Position numbers and translations under genes: made by a program
The notes under the pieces: generated by a model
What the model was told of the DNA's origin: nothing
Databases searched by the model: none
What the model saw: the letters and a program-made list of their open reading frames with translations, nothing else
Source: Eledone cirrhosa
Taxonomy: Eukaryota
NCBI GenBank assembly: GCA_964016885.1
Contig: OZ024743.1
Coordinates: forward strand, 146,072,001 to 146,136,000
Direction: 5' to 3'
DNA length: 64,000 bases
In this document: positions 60,835 to 64,000 of the stretch, one piece after another
How positions within the stretch are numbered: position 1 is the stretch's first letter
Layout of the letters: each line of letters opens with the position of its first letter

Positions 60835-61483
60835 ATATATATATATATATATTTGCTTATTTATATTGGTGGCAAGCCCAGTGGTAACAGTTCAGACATA
60901 CACAAGTGTCGTAAATTTAAAACCTTTTCATCTCAGTCTCCTTTTGATTATATATAGCTTGTTCATTTGACCAAAATAAATTTTATGACCTTGAATTAGT
61001 CTGATTAAATTTTATTCATATGTCATTATAAAGTTGACATTTTTTAAAGAATAGCAAATAATAGCCTGAATATCAGAGTAGGAGTAGTGGATGTATTTCA
61101 CAGTCTTTTCTATTCTTTGGCACTGACTTATTTATGTCCAGATGCTGAAGTATGTAAAACAACATTGTTTTAAGACAACAGAGTTTGTAAACAAGCTATT
61201 CTTCTTGGCTAACTTTAACACAGCATGATTCAGAATATAGGCAGATATGAATTCATATACAATATTTCATAAACTTAAATGCGCACACACACACACACAC
61301 ACACATCATCATCATCATCATCATCGCTTTTATTCTGCTCTCAATGCTGGCCTGGGTTGGGCAGGTTGTCATGTTCTGAGGATAGAACAGTCGAGTGAAC
61401 ATAACTTACACATACATTCTATATTTGGCATGCTTTCTACATTTGGATGCTTTTCCTAACACCAAACACCTTACACATAATTT

Positions 61484-61517
<34 letters not shown>

Positions 61518-61834
61518 TCTTAATGTATATATTAATATGTACGAAATGGGAAAACTATATTTGTGACATGCAAATAAGATATCTTGCACCAACATCATTT
61601 TTTACAGTGATATTTATTCTGTAAAAAATGGAATCTCTTGTAATTAAGCAGAGATGGGATACAAAACAGTTCCTGAAGTGATGTTTGACTTGATAAGCAG
61701 AGATATAATTTAAAAAGCCTAGCACAGAACCCTAAGTGATATTCAAACTGGTAACGACTATCAACAAAAACAATATTTTTTATTGACTTGGACAGCAGGA
61801 TTCTGGGAGAGCACTGTGTAATGAATTACTTACA

Positions 61835-62034
61835 TTAACCCTTTAGCAATTATATTACTCTACATTTACTATTAGATTTTCATGGTAAAGGTTTTACCTC
61901 ACATAATATTGAATCTATGAGATTTTGATATTATTTATTTTGAGAACAATACCTTATCATCAGTATGAGTTGCTAGTTACCATAGAACAGAAAGAGGTGA
62001 AAGGATATGGCCAGTTTAAATGCTAAGTGGTTAA
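61835..62034. mobile_element. piggyBac-like MITE
   Basis: TTAACCCTTTAGCA...TGCTAAGTGGTTAA, homologous (inverted) to 21617-21836. Confidence 0.6.
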
Positions 62035-63294
62035 AAATGTAGAACTATATATGACACTTGTTTTTGCAGTTCATTTAATTTAATATTTCAGTACCATGAA
62101 TATATTTACTGTCATTACTGTGGGTATAGGTACACTAGTATTTCTCTTATCTGTAAATATTTATTTATGACAGTTTTGGTGTTACAACTGATATATGATG
62201 TTGAACAATAGACAAAATTGTTTTTCCAGCAATTTCTTCTCTGTAAAACCATTTACAAAAGAATTTCCACAGAACTTTACCACCCACTTACACACACGAA
62301 TTTGCTTTTTATTTCCATGCAAGTTCTAGCCATGGGCATATCCTGGAAACTATCTTACATGAATCCAATATAAATTCCCATCTTTATAGTTAGTTTTTTT
62401 TTTTTTCTTTGCGTGTATTCTTGTTTTATTAACTCATGTTTTCTTACTTCCTGTTCCATGCTTTCATTTTTTATTTACTAATATATTTTTTTAATGTTTT
62501 TTATTAAAGAATGCCAGTTCAGTGATTGGCAAGTGTGTTATTCAGGTTGTGTTTTACCCTGATACAGACTGGTGCCAAATGATCAATAAAGCCTTAGACC
62601 TAGACAAGTCGACATCAGCAGCCTAGCACCTAGTTTGGTGTCATTATATAGCCTGCCAGCCAGCTACAACAAAGATGGAATTTACTATGGACAGTTTGTT
62701 TGGACATGGAAACATGTCATCTTTCTTCTGTCTCTCTCTCACTTTCAATAATTTACTGACATAGCAACTGTTCTGTGTATGTGTATGTGTGTTTGTGTTG
62801 ATCAGCAGCTGCTCTCATTGATTTCTTTTCTCCAGCACAAAATGTATTCAAAACGGCTGTTTCTCCTAAACCTTAATATGGATTGCTTTATTTCTTTTTA
62901 TATTTTCATCTGTATTTTTTGCTGTTCTTTCCCTGAAAGGGTAGAGAATAATCTCTACTGTCATTAATTTTGTGTGCAAGAGCACTTCAAGAAATTGGGT
63001 ATCTATCATATAGGTAGGGATAGGATTTATACCTTAATAGATACCAAAAGGCAGGAGAGAAAAAATAAGCATTTAAATCTCTCTCTCTCTCTCTCTCACA
63101 CATGTATAGATACAGGCATGTATATGTGGTTAAGATGTTTGCTTTGCAACCATGTGCTTTTTGGTTCAATCCCACTGCATGACATCTCAGTCAAGTGTCT
63201 TCTACTTCAGCCTTATGAGGGACAATACCTTGGGAGTAAAATTTGGTAAACAGAAACTGAGCAGATATCCCCTTCACATATGTCCCCTTCACCA

Positions 63295-63700
63295 GTATTA
63301 TGTCCACTTTTCCAAGTTGTATAGGCTGGACAGACCCTCACCAGTACAGCTTCCTTTCACCTGTTATATTCCTTTGTCATCTCTGTGAGTTTCAGCATCC
63401 TAAGATTAGCTCTCACCACTTCTGCCCAAGTCTTAGAGGAAGTCTTCCTTGGTCAACCTCTTCCACAGCTATCTTCCACTTGAAACTCACTAAATCCAAT
63501 GCTTATGTCTCACTCCCATGCATCACACTTTCACACATAGATATTATATAATCTACTCTTCATTTGAAGAGAAAATCTCTTTGTTGCCAGCCGGAGTAAC
63601 CCTCTGAACTTTTTCCACTCCGTTTTTGTTCTTGCTACTATACTCCACACTCCTAATGAGGCCAGCTAGGTAGCAGAAACTATCAACTACTTCTATTAAG
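63295..63700 (-). pseudogene. Highly degraded RTE LINE 3' fragment
   Basis: The minus strand keeps G*PRKT..WAEVVRANL and the RTE tail. A similar remnant lies at ~12770-13120. Confidence 0.5.
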
Positions 63701-64000
63701 CTTGCCTTGGTTTGACAACAGTATCACTGGTACTACTAAAATCTCTATTCTGTGATAGCCTGCCAGTGTTCCCACTACACCTTGCACAGCTATAGTTTAC
63801 ACTTGGCTCACAGTATGGAGTTTCTATCAACTCCTTTTCTGCAAATTGAGCAAGGCCATTTCTCAGATGGTAGCAGGATGTTATTTGCTTTCCTATTCAA
63901 TAGAATTTTAGTCTTTCCTAAGTTTGTGCCTAAGCCTTTCAAATATAGGTTTTGTTTCCATGTCTGGAATTTCTTCTCTAAATTTGTCCAAATTTTGACT

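Noticed and set aside
62517-62750. Unique moderate-GC stretch with a short open frame
   Set aside because: No clear splice-site pair or recognisable protein, so it cannot be supported as an exon.

Overview
AT-rich animal genomic DNA. The repeat complement ((TA)n arrays, tRNA-derived SINEs, RTE/CR1 LINEs, Penelope) looks cephalopod, probably octopus; this is an inference. No complete host gene is visible. There is a probable divergent promoter with two non-coding first exons at ~15.6-16.1 kb and one weak candidate coding exon at ~54.7 kb. Most of the window is decayed transposons: an LTR/gag remnant, R4/Dong-like, CR1, RTE and Ingi/Vingi-like LINE fragments, mariner/Tc1 pseudogenes, MITEs, two non-autonomous Helitrons and many SINEs. 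Roughly 18-19 kb is cryptic (TA)n satellite, and the long Y/I/C/M/V ORFs come from it and are artefacts. The main unannotated signal is RNA-structural. Nine loci carry type I hammerhead-ribozyme (HHR) motifs, about 16 copies counting mirror copies, in at least five sequence families. Almost all sit in or beside (TA)n tracts, and seven loci include an inverted mirror copy. One locus is the 3' end of a Penelope element with its GIY-YIG endonuclease; the others look like non-autonomous Penelope derivatives or retrozymes. Several families share a second, apparently covarying 3' hairpin (RCUC-stem-UW-GAGY) that I cannot assign to a known RNA family. The RTE 3' UTRs contain tandem GNRA-hairpin plus H-type pseudoknot units. 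All structures were folded by eye and need computational and experimental confirmation.
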